Shown in pieces: positions 49,185-58,736 of a DNA stretch of 64,000 bases. Position numbers and translations under genes: made by a program. Under the pieces are notes generated by a model. The model had not been told where the DNA came from. It did not search any database and worked only from the letters and a program-made list of their open reading frames with translations. The first letter of the stretch is position 1; every line of letters starts with the position of its first letter. This DNA comes from a virus. Its lineage: Duplodnaviria > Caudoviricetes. Location of the stretch: IMG/VR virus record IMGVR_UViG_3300029928_000005, positions 34,117 through 98,116 of that record; one strand, written 5' to 3'.

Positions 49185-50609
49185 CTATAATAGTACAGCA
49201 CCAATATTTTCATCAAAAGTTATTTCTTTTTCATGTGCATGTACATGATAAGAATTACTTTCTTTTACTTTTTCAAATGCTTTTTCCTCAATAGTGTTTT
49301 CTATATAAATCTTATAAATATTAGTAGGAACTTCACCTAAACTAACTTTATTAAATCTATATTTAAACTCCCACCAATCAGCAAACATAGCACTTGTAAA
49401 AATAAACACGTCTGACGTACATTCCAGCTCATCTGACGAAGCATTTTTGATGCTAAGTACATTTATACCACCTTGTTGAATAGCTTGCTCTACGAGGCTT
49501 GAATTAGGTCGATACGGCACGACCCCACACAACTTGAACCGTCTAACATTATCAGTACTAATAAATTGAGCTTTAACAATTCTAGGTTTACCCTTATTAA
49601 TACCAGACTTAACAAAAATAGGATTACCATTAGTATCAACAGCTTGTTTCGGAGGAATAGCATCGTGATATTCACCAACAGCAATACCATTTTTATTAAG
49701 ATATTCATAGACAGTATGAGCAAACTCACCACGTTTACTAACAATAATAATTCTCTTATCAGAATTTTGACGAACTATATCAAGAATAGCTGGCAATTTA
49801 CAACTAGCATCAGTAAGCATATTAGAACGTTCACGCATAATATTATATGCAGTTTCAGCTCTTAATGCAATACTACCCGGATTATACATATCATCTATTT
49901 GTTTATTAAATTCAGATGTACAATCAAGATATTCATGCCAACCATTTTCGCGAGCAATATGGTCGCAAATAGTTTCTTTACCAATATTAAGTTCTTTATC
50001 ACCAATTCTAGCTTGATTAATTCTATCAAAACTTCCAAATATTTTTATAGTTTGAGTAATATAATCACTATATTTTTCATATTTAACAAAATCATCAGCA
50101 TCAAAAGTTACTGGCACTCTCCATTCCTCTACGGGGGAATTGTCACGAACTACATTAGCTTGACTATTAGTAATTACATTATCAATTATAGGAAAATGAG
50201 AACTAATACCATTAGTAATTTGCTTATCATTAACTTTCCTATCAAGAATAACAAACCTAAATTTAGATTGTTCTATAATTGCAACAGTATTTTTTAATAA
50301 TACAGTAAAACCAATAGCTATACAAACATCATATTGATATTTATACATAGGATTAATATATTTAGTAGTAACAACAATTACACTATCTAATAATCCATTT
50401 TGATTAAGATATTGTCTTACAGTATTATAATTAACATATTGACAACATAGAATAAAAACTTTACAATTAGGATTCTTATTCCTCATAAGTTGAATGACAT
50501 GAATAGCTAACTCATAAGAATTAACAGGATTAATAGCATAAGTACTACCAATACCTTTTTGTTTTCTCCATTTATTAGCTATTTTATCATATAATTCTAC
50601 TTTATTCAT
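49185..50609 (-). CDS. SF2/SNF2-like helicase-fold protein, probably catalytically degenerate
   Basis: Helicase-like C-terminal domain (IIIVS, VGEYH, IY.IY..NT.EE); no canonical Walker A or DExx. Confidence 0.55.
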   Translation of the reverse strand: MNKVELYDKIANKWRKQKGIGSTYAINPVNSYELAIHVIQLMRNKNPNCKVFILCCQYVNYNTVRQYLNQNGLLDSVIVVTTKYINPMYKYQYDVCIAIGFTVLLKNTVAIIEQSKFRFVILDRKVNDKQITNGISSHFPIIDNVITNSQANVVRDNSPVEEWRVPVTFDADDFVKYEKYSDYITQTIKIFGSFDRINQARIGDKELNIGKETICDHIARENGWHEYLDCTSEFNKQIDDMYNPGSIALRAETAYNIMRERSNMLTDASCKLPAILDIVRQNSDKRIIIVSKRGEFAHTVYEYLNKNGIAVGEYHDAIPPKQAVDTNGNPIFVKSGINKGKPRIVKAQFISTDNVRRFKLCGVVPYRPNSSLVEQAIQQGGINVLSIKNASSDELECTSDVFIFTSAMFADWWEFKYRFNKVSLGEVPTNIYKIYIENTIEEKAFEKVKESNSYHVHAHEKEITFDENIGAVLL

Positions 50610-51620
50610 TCATCAAAAATTTGATTATAATATCCACTTAATTTACGAATACGAGTTTTACCTTTACCTTTAGGAACAATTCCTAATTTAATAGGGTCAA
50701 TAATTTTTAATGCTTCTTGATAATAATATTTATAACTAATATTTCTATTAGCAATATTTATATCATCAAGAGTATTTAAGATTGTAACTCGTTTACCAGC
50801 AGCTAATCGACTTTTAATACTAGAATCAGAATTATGTACTTTCTCAATAACTTCACCATCAGTAGAAATATAAAATCGAACATATCTTTGATAAGGAATA
50901 TGAACAACATTACCATCTACAATTTTGACAACTTCAACATGATAATTTTTACCAATATTTTGAGTTTTACAAAAATCAAGAATATCAGTACATTCACGAA
51001 GAGTTTCCATTATTGATTTATTATTAAGAAAATAATTTTCTACAGCTTTAGCAACAATAGGAGCATCATAACCTTTAGATAAATCACGAATATACATTTT
51101 AGGATTAAAATCTCCTTTATAACTTACTTTACTATTTGTTTCTTGGATTAAATAATTATTTATATTTGTATTAATATAACATCGATATTCTTCACTATCA
51201 GCACCAAGACCGGTATATTGTTTCCAATTTTCTGCAATAGTATTGAAAACTTCTCGTTTATTATCATAAAGTTTAATGACAATACCATCAGTATTAGCTG
51301 AAACAACTTCAATTCCATTAAGTTCAAGTTCTTCACAAAGCATAAGAATCATAAGTTGTCCATTAATAGTAACTTTAAGAGTTGCCATTCTATCATATAA
51401 ATCACCATGTTCAAAACTAAATTTACCATAAATAGAATTAATGACAATCTTTAAAGCCTCAGCCATTAACTTAGATGGAATGCCATCAATAAGACCTTCA
51501 GTATGTTTAGCTTTAACTCTAGTATCTTTAAGCCAAGTTACCAATTTAGTAAATATAGCTTCATTAAGATGTGCAGGAGCAATATGATAAACACTCATAA
51601 TACTAGGATAAAATGATGCA
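50606..51620 (-). CDS. polB: family B DNA polymerase, exon 2
   Basis: (I)ASFYPSIM, LKIVINSIYGK (motif B), SANTDG (motif C); in frame with the track ORF starting at 51598. Confidence 0.92.
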
Positions 51621-51659
51621 CTTTAACCTTATAACTTTCGTTATAAGCCTGACTATATC

Positions 51660-52358
51660 TTATTCTTGCTTATTACCATAACCAGAACTTAATATATTAC
51701 CTTTGGAATCAGTATATCTCCAAAGATAACCATAAGCTCTTTTTTTATTACCATTACAAACAGAACTTATAACACTAATAGTATATCCAAGTTCTTTATG
51801 AATTTGTCTAACAGAATCCCAAATTTTAATAAGTGTACCATCAAGAGTATATTGAGCAACATAATTACTCTTTAATTTACTCATTTTTTCTCTATATTCT
51901 TTAGTTTTATGAGTAGATTTATTACTACTACCATAATTTTTTTTAAGATTATCATCCATATAATGATGACTAATCTTTAAATTATATAGATTATCAATAC
52001 CTATTTCAATTTGTTTTTCTCTTTCTAATCTAATCAAATCTTCTTTATCACATTCAATATAAATACCATGTTCAAAATTATCTAATCCATATTGATTAAA
52101 TTCATCTTGCATACTTTTATTATTATGAACTCCTCTAAATAATTGATTCATGTGTTTAGAAAGTCTCATTCTAATATCGGTACTAGCACCAACATATTCT
52201 CTTTTAGTAATTTTATTTCGTACATAATAAATACCAACTTTATTATTATACTTAGTAAAATCACCATAAGCAAAATGATGACCACTACGAACTAAACCAT
52301 AAACTTGTTTTTTAACAGGTTTGTTAGGATTAAATACAAATTTACTTTTGTCTATCAT
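51660..52358 (-). CDS. intron-encoded GIY-YIG homing endonuclease with C-terminal NUMOD1-type domain
   Basis: VGIYYVRN....EYVGAS....R; VAQYTLDG..IK.WDS......LG....ISSVC.G....AYGY.WRY; likely start MIDKSK. Confidence 0.9.
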   Translation of the reverse strand: MIDKSKFVFNPNKPVKKQVYGLVRSGHHFAYGDFTKYNNKVGIYYVRNKITKREYVGASTDIRMRLSKHMNQLFRGVHNNKSMQDEFNQYGLDNFEHGIYIECDKEDLIRLEREKQIEIGIDNLYNLKISHHYMDDNLKKNYGSSNKSTHKTKEYREKMSKLKSNYVAQYTLDGTLIKIWDSVRQIHKELGYTISVISSVCNGNKKRAYGYLWRYTDSKGNILSSGYGNKQE

Positions 52359-52383
52359 AACTCTATTAAATTTTAATTTTGAA

Positions 52384-52413
52384 CAAAGATAATATCTTTT
52401 GGATAATTTCAAA
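52384..52413 (-). promoter_or_regulatory. Bacteroidota-type host promoter for the homing endonuclease
   Basis: TTTG-N18-TATCTTTG on the - strand, 26 nt upstream of the ATG at 52358. Confidence 0.55.
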
Positions 52414-52654
52414 ATGATTTATGCAAGAATCTTCGCGCTTCCACATATAATATATGTGTACTCTCTTTCGAGATAGTCGATGAACTTTACTATTATCATG
52501 TTTCACAACATAATGAGTAGTCTTAGCTGCTGATTGTCATATAATAATAGTTTTTCAAGCATTCACACTTAGATTTTCATCTTATGTTGTAGCACTATTA
52601 TCTTCACGATGTTCCAGCAGTTCACGAAGTTTTTAACGGGACACCGCATCACTA

Positions 52655-53898
52655 ATGTCCCAATGTACATAAGTATAACCATCTTGACCCCCCGTAGAAG
52701 GAGAACTACTATACAAAGCTCTTGGAGGGTCTTGACTATGAAGTCCTCCAGTAGCTACAGTATAAGTAAGATTACCTATTACAACATTTCTTTCAAAAGC
52801 ATCTTTACTAACTTTAGTAACTTTTACCTTCTTAATATCATTAAGAAATTCTTGAAGTTTAGGAGTCTTAAACCTAATAATAGGAAAGATAACTTTATTA
52901 AAACTCATAATAGTTCTTTCAGTTTTCTTTCCTTTCCATTGACTTGGATGAAGACCACTAAATTCACTATAAAACTTTTCAAAAAGTCTATCTGCAATAT
53001 TACTACGACTACTATTTAAAAGATTAACTTTATAACTATGACTTAAACTATATCTAAGTTTAATTTCATCAGTAAATAGTCTAGTAATTTCAGCTACAAT
53101 AAAAACATCATTCTTATTATAGTGCATCATAGGTTTAATATACTCATCAAGAATATATCTATCCCATGTTTGAACTCTCTGATTAAGTTCTTCGATAGTA
53201 GCTCCTTTATAAGGATAATTACCATGAACTTCTAAATTCCTATAAATATCAGCATCAGCCTCACAAATAGGAGGCATTTCATATTCTAATAGTTCATACC
53301 ATTTAAGATTAATACTAACTTGTTTAAGTCCTTTTGGTACAGGAATACGAGTACCATCTTTATCAACGATAACACTTGCTTTATTAAGAGCAAATATTTT
53401 CATTACATCAAGACTAACATAAGGAAGCTTATAAGTTCTAAGAACTTCAATAGCATAATCTTTTACATGGTTATCACTATTTTGTAATTCAATTATTCTT
53501 TTACTTGTATTATAAAGATAAGTTATTAATTCTTTTGTATTATCACATCTCAAAACATTACTAAGTAAAGCAGCAATCATTAGATTATCATAAGCCTGAT
53601 TATTATAACCAAACAAATCATGTCTTACATCTTTAGTAGCAACAAGATTGTTTATATAATTAATCATTGGAAATAGTTGGCTATCATCTTTATCAGTTAT
53701 ATAAAATTGTGTAGAATTAACTTTATCAAGTCTAGCTTTAATTTCAGTTACACTTAATTTTTCAGTTATAGGAATAGGTTTTCCTTTATCATCTACACAA
53801 TCTTTAAATACTTCCATAAAATCATTAATATCAACAAATGTAATACTAAAGAAATTAGGAAGAACTTCTGTGTCAAATCCAATAGCTTTAACCACCAT
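52655..53898 (-). CDS. polB: family B DNA polymerase, exon 1 (3'-5' exonuclease and start of palm)
   Basis: FDTEV (ExoI), GYNN..YD (ExoII), YNKNDV (ExoIII), GGLHS, YVHWDI. Confidence 0.92.
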
Positions 53899-55366
53899 GA
53901 CTTATAATAAGACTATGTTTTGCTCTACTAAATGCAACGTAAACTCTTCTAAGAACATCATCAACATTTGTATAAACATTACCGTTCTTATCATATAACA
54001 TATCATTTAAATCTACAAATACATTCTCATAAGTAGAACCTTGACTTTTATGAGCAGTAATTGCAAATCCATAATCAATATCACGTTCAAGAACAATTTT
54101 ATTAATGTCATTCTTATCAAGTATATTAGTACAAAGAAGATATTTATTTTTAAAATCATAATATTTACGCCAAAGTTTAGTTCTAGCATAACTATCTTCT
54201 TCATTAGTAGCCGCCTTAATCATATCAGTAACCATTGTATAATACTTTATAAGAGTATCACGATGCTTATGATTAATAATAAGAATAGGCGGAGTAACTT
54301 TACCACCATGAATAGCTTGAAACTTAATCATTATACCATGAAAACCATATTTTTGGTCTACAAAATCACTAATGTCTTTTACAATATATTCTTCACTATT
54401 AATAAGTATTTGACTATTAAATTCATCAACAAGATTCTTATAACTCATAACTAAATCATTCTTAGTAAGAACAGATTTATATGCGTCTTTAACAATAATA
54501 TTACGAACATAATTATTCCAACCACTAACAGCTACATTTGTATAAGCTATTACACGATATAAATCAATATTATTAACATATTCTGGATTATTAAATTCTC
54601 TAGAAATTATATTAACAAATTGATTTTTTGGTACAACAGTATATCCTTCACCAATCTCATTAAAATTATTAGGATGAAGATTAAGATAATCAATAAAACG
54701 ATAAGTCTTATTCTTTATATCGTCTCTAATAATTTTAAGTAAATCAGTTATAGGATTATTAGCTTCTTGTCTAACAATCTCTTTCAGAAAATAAATATCA
54801 TTACTATTAGCAAATGCAATACTTCTACGTTCATTAACTGGACTTAATTGACTTGCATCACCAATAGTAATAACTTTACATTGTTTACCTCTACAAACTT
54901 TTAAAAGATAATTATATAACTTACTTGGTATCATACTCGCTTCATCAACAATAAGAAGTCTAGTATAATCTGTATTACTTTGAAGTTTGTTTTTACCAAT
55001 AGGGTCAAATTGAGGTCTTACAGGGTCAAAGTTTTCAAGACTAAGATTAAGTCTTAATCCTAATAAACTTTGAATAGTATCAACCTTTTTACCTTTTAAA
55101 GCATTACTAAGCACTCTACAAGCTTTATGTGTAGGTGCTGCACAACGAATAATAGAATTACTAAATTTACAATGTCTAATGATATAGTTCGTAATAAAAG
55201 TTTTACCAGTACCACCAGCTCCACTTATACTACGAACAAAATCATTAGATGAAAAAGGCTGTGCAATGAAATCAATAATTCCATCGACAGCCTTTTGTTG
55301 AGACTTAGTGAAAACTATTTCTTCATTGTCATTAGAAATACTATTTCTACTAACAATATCAGCCAT
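53888..55366 (-). CDS. SF1 helicase, Dda/RecD-like
   Basis: GAGGTGKT, AAPTHKA, VDEASM, GD..QL.PV, AITAHKSQGSTY, YVAFSRA. Confidence 0.93.
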   Translation of the reverse strand: MADIVSRNSISNDNEEIVFTKSQQKAVDGIIDFIAQPFSSNDFVRSISGAGGTGKTFITNYIIRHCKFSNSIIRCAAPTHKACRVLSNALKGKKVDTIQSLLGLRLNLSLENFDPVRPQFDPIGKNKLQSNTDYTRLLIVDEASMIPSKLYNYLLKVCRGKQCKVITIGDASQLSPVNERRSIAFANSNDIYFLKEIVRQEANNPITDLLKIIRDDIKNKTYRFIDYLNLHPNNFNEIGEGYTVVPKNQFVNIISREFNNPEYVNNIDLYRVIAYTNVAVSGWNNYVRNIIVKDAYKSVLTKNDLVMSYKNLVDEFNSQILINSEEYIVKDISDFVDQKYGFHGIMIKFQAIHGGKVTPPILIINHKHRDTLIKYYTMVTDMIKAATNEEDSYARTKLWRKYYDFKNKYLLCTNILDKNDINKIVLERDIDYGFAITAHKSQGSTYENVFVDLNDMLYDKNGNVYTNVDDVLRRVYVAFSRAKHSLIISHGG

Positions 55367-55823
55367 TTGAATTTTCTTTAAGTTCTCTTAGATTAATAAG
55401 ATATTCGAGCCATTCTTTAGTAGCATCTCGAACTTCTTCAACACAACTTAAGTTATACACTTTAATAATATGAAAAACAATTTCATTTCTTATTTGTATA
55501 ACTTTACCTTTGCAAACTAATCCGGGTGCAAATGGAAGATAAAAACGATTATCCATCTCAATTCTATGGTCAATATCTCGTATAATTTTAATATGATGAC
55601 CATATTCATCAAGTTTTTTAAGATAAACCTCTTTCTTACCTTTACATTTATAACAATCAGGATTTATATTATATATTTTATCTTCACAAAATACAAAATA
55701 AATTCCATCTTGTCTGCACCTTATAATACCTTCAGCATTATCTTTAATAACTTCTGGTACTAGTCTAGGTTTTCTGTTTTTAATCTTAAGCCAAGGATTA
55801 AATACAGGTGGTTTAATAGACAT
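55359..55823 (-). CDS. hypothetical protein
   Basis: 154-aa ORF in operon. Confidence 0.75.
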   Translation of the reverse strand: MSIKPPVFNPWLKIKNRKPRLVPEVIKDNAEGIIRCRQDGIYFVFCEDKIYNINPDCYKCKGKKEVYLKKLDEYGHHIKIIRDIDHRIEMDNRFYLPFAPGLVCKGKVIQIRNEIVFHIIKVYNLSCVEEVRDATKEWLEYLINLRELKENSNG

Positions 55824-55831
55824 AACATAAC

Positions 55832-56161
55832 TTACTTAACTTTGTTAAACTTCTTCTTAAACACCTGCTTTACGTCCTTAGCAATCTTAATTTGATTAGC
55901 TTGTTTAGTTTCTTTCTTAGCTTTCTTTTTACTAACAACTTCATCAGTATTAGCATTTGTTGGACGCTTAACTGATTTCTCATTAGCAAAATACATTACA
56001 TAGCCACAATAATGAACAAGAAAATCAATCTTGCCATAAGTGCCATTACCAACTAGAGGAGAATCTTTCTTTACAAAAATAGATTTATTACCCTCATTAA
56101 CATTCACATCTCTGTTCTTTTTAAGCGCATGAACAGTACTCGCTTCATCACGATTTCTCAT
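55832..56161 (-). CDS. basic hypothetical protein
   Basis: 109 aa; VGNGTYGKIDFLVHYCGY, Lys-rich tail. Confidence 0.8.
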   Translation of the reverse strand: MRNRDEASTVHALKKNRDVNVNEGNKSIFVKKDSPLVGNGTYGKIDFLVHYCGYVMYFANEKSVKRPTNANTDEVVSKKKAKKETKQANQIKIAKDVKQVFKKKFNKVK

Positions 56162-56186
56162 TTTACGCGAATTTTTAATTAAACAT

Positions 56187-56699
56187 TTAGTTATTTATAT
56201 CATCAACAGAAAAACTGTCGATTTCTTCTTTTATTTGTTTATTATTTAAACCAAGAATATCAGCATAAGTGTTTAGGTCATTACAATACATTTGCCAACT
56301 ACCTATATAGCCAAATTCTTTAAAATTATAAACATAATTACCACGAAGATGTTTACCTTCATTATTTTTTAAAGGTATAATAGCATTTCGTTTAATAAGT
56401 TCAGCCTTAACTTTATTAAGACTAGAAAGAGAAAGAGGATTATCTTTATCTAGCCAATTAGCAAAATTAATCATTGATTCATTGCCTAAATAAATAATAT
56501 ATCTTCCTTCATCATCTTCTTTTCGCTTAGATATTACTTCTTGAATATAACGAAATAAATCATTAGCGTTAGAACTAAGTCCTCTTAATTTATGTGCATA
56601 AATCATACTCTTAACTCTTTTACGTCTATCATTTATATCATTTGTAATACCTCTACGATAATCTATTTTAATAGGTCTATTTATAAATATACTACCCAT
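56187..56699 (-). CDS. RepL-like winged-helix protein (copy 2, divergent)
   Basis: LSSNA.DLF.YI, HTH LSLSSLNKVKAELIKRNAI, GNYVYN; start likely MGSIF. Confidence 0.5.
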   Translation of the reverse strand: MGSIFINRPIKIDYRRGITNDINDRRKRVKSMIYAHKLRGLSSNANDLFRYIQEVISKRKEDDEGRYIIYLGNESMINFANWLDKDNPLSLSSLNKVKAELIKRNAIIPLKNNEGKHLRGNYVYNFKEFGYIGSWQMYCNDLNTYADILGLNNKQIKEEIDSFSVDDINN

Positions 56700-56703
56700 A
56701 ATT

Positions 56704-56950
56704 ATATCGTTATTTGATAGCAAAGATATAATTTTTCGATATATGAACTATCGAATTACGATATTAATTTTGCTTTTTAACTATCGTATGGCGATAGCAA
56801 ATATACGAATTTTATTTTATAAACGCCTGATTCTCAAATATGATTTTTTCAGCTGCTATCGTGTGATGATAGCAATTTTTGAATCTAAAATGTTGATTAT
56901 CAAATAATTATCTCGAAAAAAGTGCTCGAAAGTAAGTATATAATAGTCTC
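56704..56950. promoter_or_regulatory. upstream module of RepL-2: four CTATCG-N5-CGATAG-type palindromes, two TAnnTTTG boxes, IHF-type site
   Basis: Palindromes near 56704, 56748, 56781 and 56856; TAnnTTTG on the - strand at 56721-56728 and 56798-56805; TATCAAATAATTA 56898-56910. Confidence 0.7.
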
Positions 56951-57019
56951 CAGCAAGCTATATACATATATTAACAATTATATTGTTTAAACACCATCAT
57001 CAAAACTCCTTCAGCAATT

Positions 57020-57360
57020 TTATCTTTCAATATTATATAATTCTTCAATAGCATTTTTAATTAGATTACCATCAATAGTTAATATAGTATTATTATAACT
57101 ATCAGTAACTAAAAGTTGTTTATTACGATTTACAGGATTAATTGTACAATCATAATAATAATTATTGCTCTTAACTCTAATAGTAAATTGTTGATAATCT
57201 TCACAATCAGGATTATAACTTACTACATAATAAACAGCTTTAATAGATAGAATTTCTTTCTACCTAAAACAAATATTTATTCATTTTCAATAGTACAAAT
57301 AGTTTTGCCACCATCAGTATTTATATCAATACTTATTTTAATATTACTTTTAATATTCAT
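57020..57360 (-). pseudogene. disrupted ORF ending NAIEELYNIER
   Basis: ATG at 57360 followed by an early TAA, a frame change and an in-frame TAG; 57022-57055 is identical to 57843-57876. Confidence 0.55.
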
Positions 57361-57392
57361 TTTATTAATTGTTTAATGATTAATACTAATAG

Positions 57393-57533
57393 GCTCGGCT
57401 TCGCCTCGCCGACCCCCCGTAGGAGAATGATTGGAGCCAGCATATCTAGCTATATCCATAACATAAGCTATAGTATCAGGATTGGCTTAATCATCTCCTT
57501 CTACGGGGAATATGCGCAGGACGAAGTCCGAGC
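57393..57533. repeat. ~140-bp imperfect inverted repeat containing a CCCCGTAG pair
   Basis: GCTCGGCTTCGCCTCGC..CCCCCCGTAGGAGAATGATT ... AATCATCTCCTTCTACGGGG..GCGCAGGACGAAGTCCGAGC. Confidence 0.9.
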
Positions 57534-57607
57534 ACTTATACATTACTACAATCAGCAATGTATAAATGTGTTCTACGGTCATTAACATGACCTTGAACAA
57601 AACTAGT

Positions 57608-57844
57608 TTAATGTTTCTTATTCTTAACTAAATCACGATACATTTTAGCAGCTTTCTCTGTATTATGATTAACAAATTGACTTTGTTTAATCTTAATATA
57701 ACATTGAAAACCATTATCAATAAATGTAATTGCAATACCTTTATCTTCTTCAATTACATTATCGATAATTGCTAATCTACCATTATCAGCAAGAATAATA
57801 TCATTGCGACGAACAACGTCTTGTTGTTTACTGTACTGTATCAT
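57608..57844 (-). CDS. hypothetical protein
   Basis: 78-aa ORF, ATGA overlap with the upstream gene. Confidence 0.7.
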   Translation of the reverse strand: MIQYSKQQDVVRRNDIILADNGRLAIIDNVIEEDKGIAITFIDNGFQCYIKIKQSQFVNHNTEKAAKMYRDLVKNKKH

Positions 57845-58311
57845 CTTTCAATATTATATAATTCTTCAATAGCATTCATAATTTCAATAATCTCACGTTC
57901 GTTAAGATTATCAATAGTTTTACCTGTATCAAAATTAGCAGCAATATAATTTGTTACTGTTTGAAGAGGACAAACAATATGATTACTTATATTATCAGTA
58001 ATAATAACAGGTTCATCAACATTAAATTCGTTCTTTTTTAATGCAAAAATTCTTACGATTTTATATTCTCGTCCAGCTTTAATAATATCTTTAATATGAC
58101 TATCAATATAATTATTAATACTTTCGACATTCATACCTTGATTTGATAATTCATTAAGAAAATCAAAATCATATATTTTATCAAGAGTATCTCTTGATAA
58201 AACAATCTTAAAACGATTAGTAGCAATAGTTATTTGCTGTTTAGCAGCCCAATAATCTACACAATACTTATCAGTTTTAAGACAAGTATCACAATAATTT
58301 TTAGTTTCCAT
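57841..58311 (-). CDS. hypothetical protein
   Basis: Start reassigned to METKNYCDTC. Confidence 0.75.
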   Translation of the reverse strand: METKNYCDTCLKTDKYCVDYWAAKQQITIATNRFKIVLSRDTLDKIYDFDFLNELSNQGMNVESINNYIDSHIKDIIKAGREYKIVRIFALKKNEFNVDEPVIITDNISNHIVCPLQTVTNYIAANFDTGKTIDNLNEREIIEIMNAIEELYNIER

Positions 58312-58586
58312 TTTTAAATCTTCTATATTTATATTAGTTGAACAATTAATTAATTCAAAAGTATTACTCACAACAGCTGTTATGAGATTTTCAAATTAGC
58401 TTGTTTAAGACATTATTTTTAATCGAGTGGATGAACTTATCATTTCAAAAAAGATAATGCCTCTAGCAAGCTAGAATGTGCCAAATTTGACACATAGACG
58501 TATATCGAACCATGTACACGCACGCACATACATAATAAGATATGAAGAACATCAATAGCATTATGAATAATACTATTATAAACAAC

Positions 58587-58620
58587 AAAACCGCTACTAC
58601 TTTCATAAGCAATAGCGGTT
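58587..58620 (-). terminator. intrinsic terminator
   Basis: AACCGCTA...TAGCGGTT with U-tract on the - strand. Confidence 0.65.
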
Positions 58621-58736
58621 ATAAAATAATATTACGTTTGGATTAAAATGTTGATGATTATTATCATTATCTATTATTAGTAATAGTACTGCGAGTTTCA
58701 CAACTGGCAGTACTAACATCATGAATGATAAAAAAA

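Larger units (their letters stand above)
51621..52654 (-). mobile_element. group I self-splicing intron in polB (1034 nt)
   Basis: P1 (exon GGACAU with IGS GUGUCC, U.G at the splice site), P10 (UGAUGCG/UGCAUCA), core GAACUGCUGGAA, AAUCAGCAGC, GUUCAUCGACUA, AAGAUAUAGUC, P9 GAAA tetraloop, terminal G at 51621; splicing restores WDIASFYP. Confidence 0.93.

Noticed and set aside
50606-53898. PolB as a pseudogene, split two-subunit enzyme or intein-containing gene
   Set aside because: Group I intron core elements and P1/P10 pairing give a precise in-frame splice
57376-57585. 69-aa + strand ORF (and 941-1123) sharing LGFAS..P
   Set aside because: The peptide similarity is just the translated DNA repeat; the ORFs are antisense to or overlap real genes
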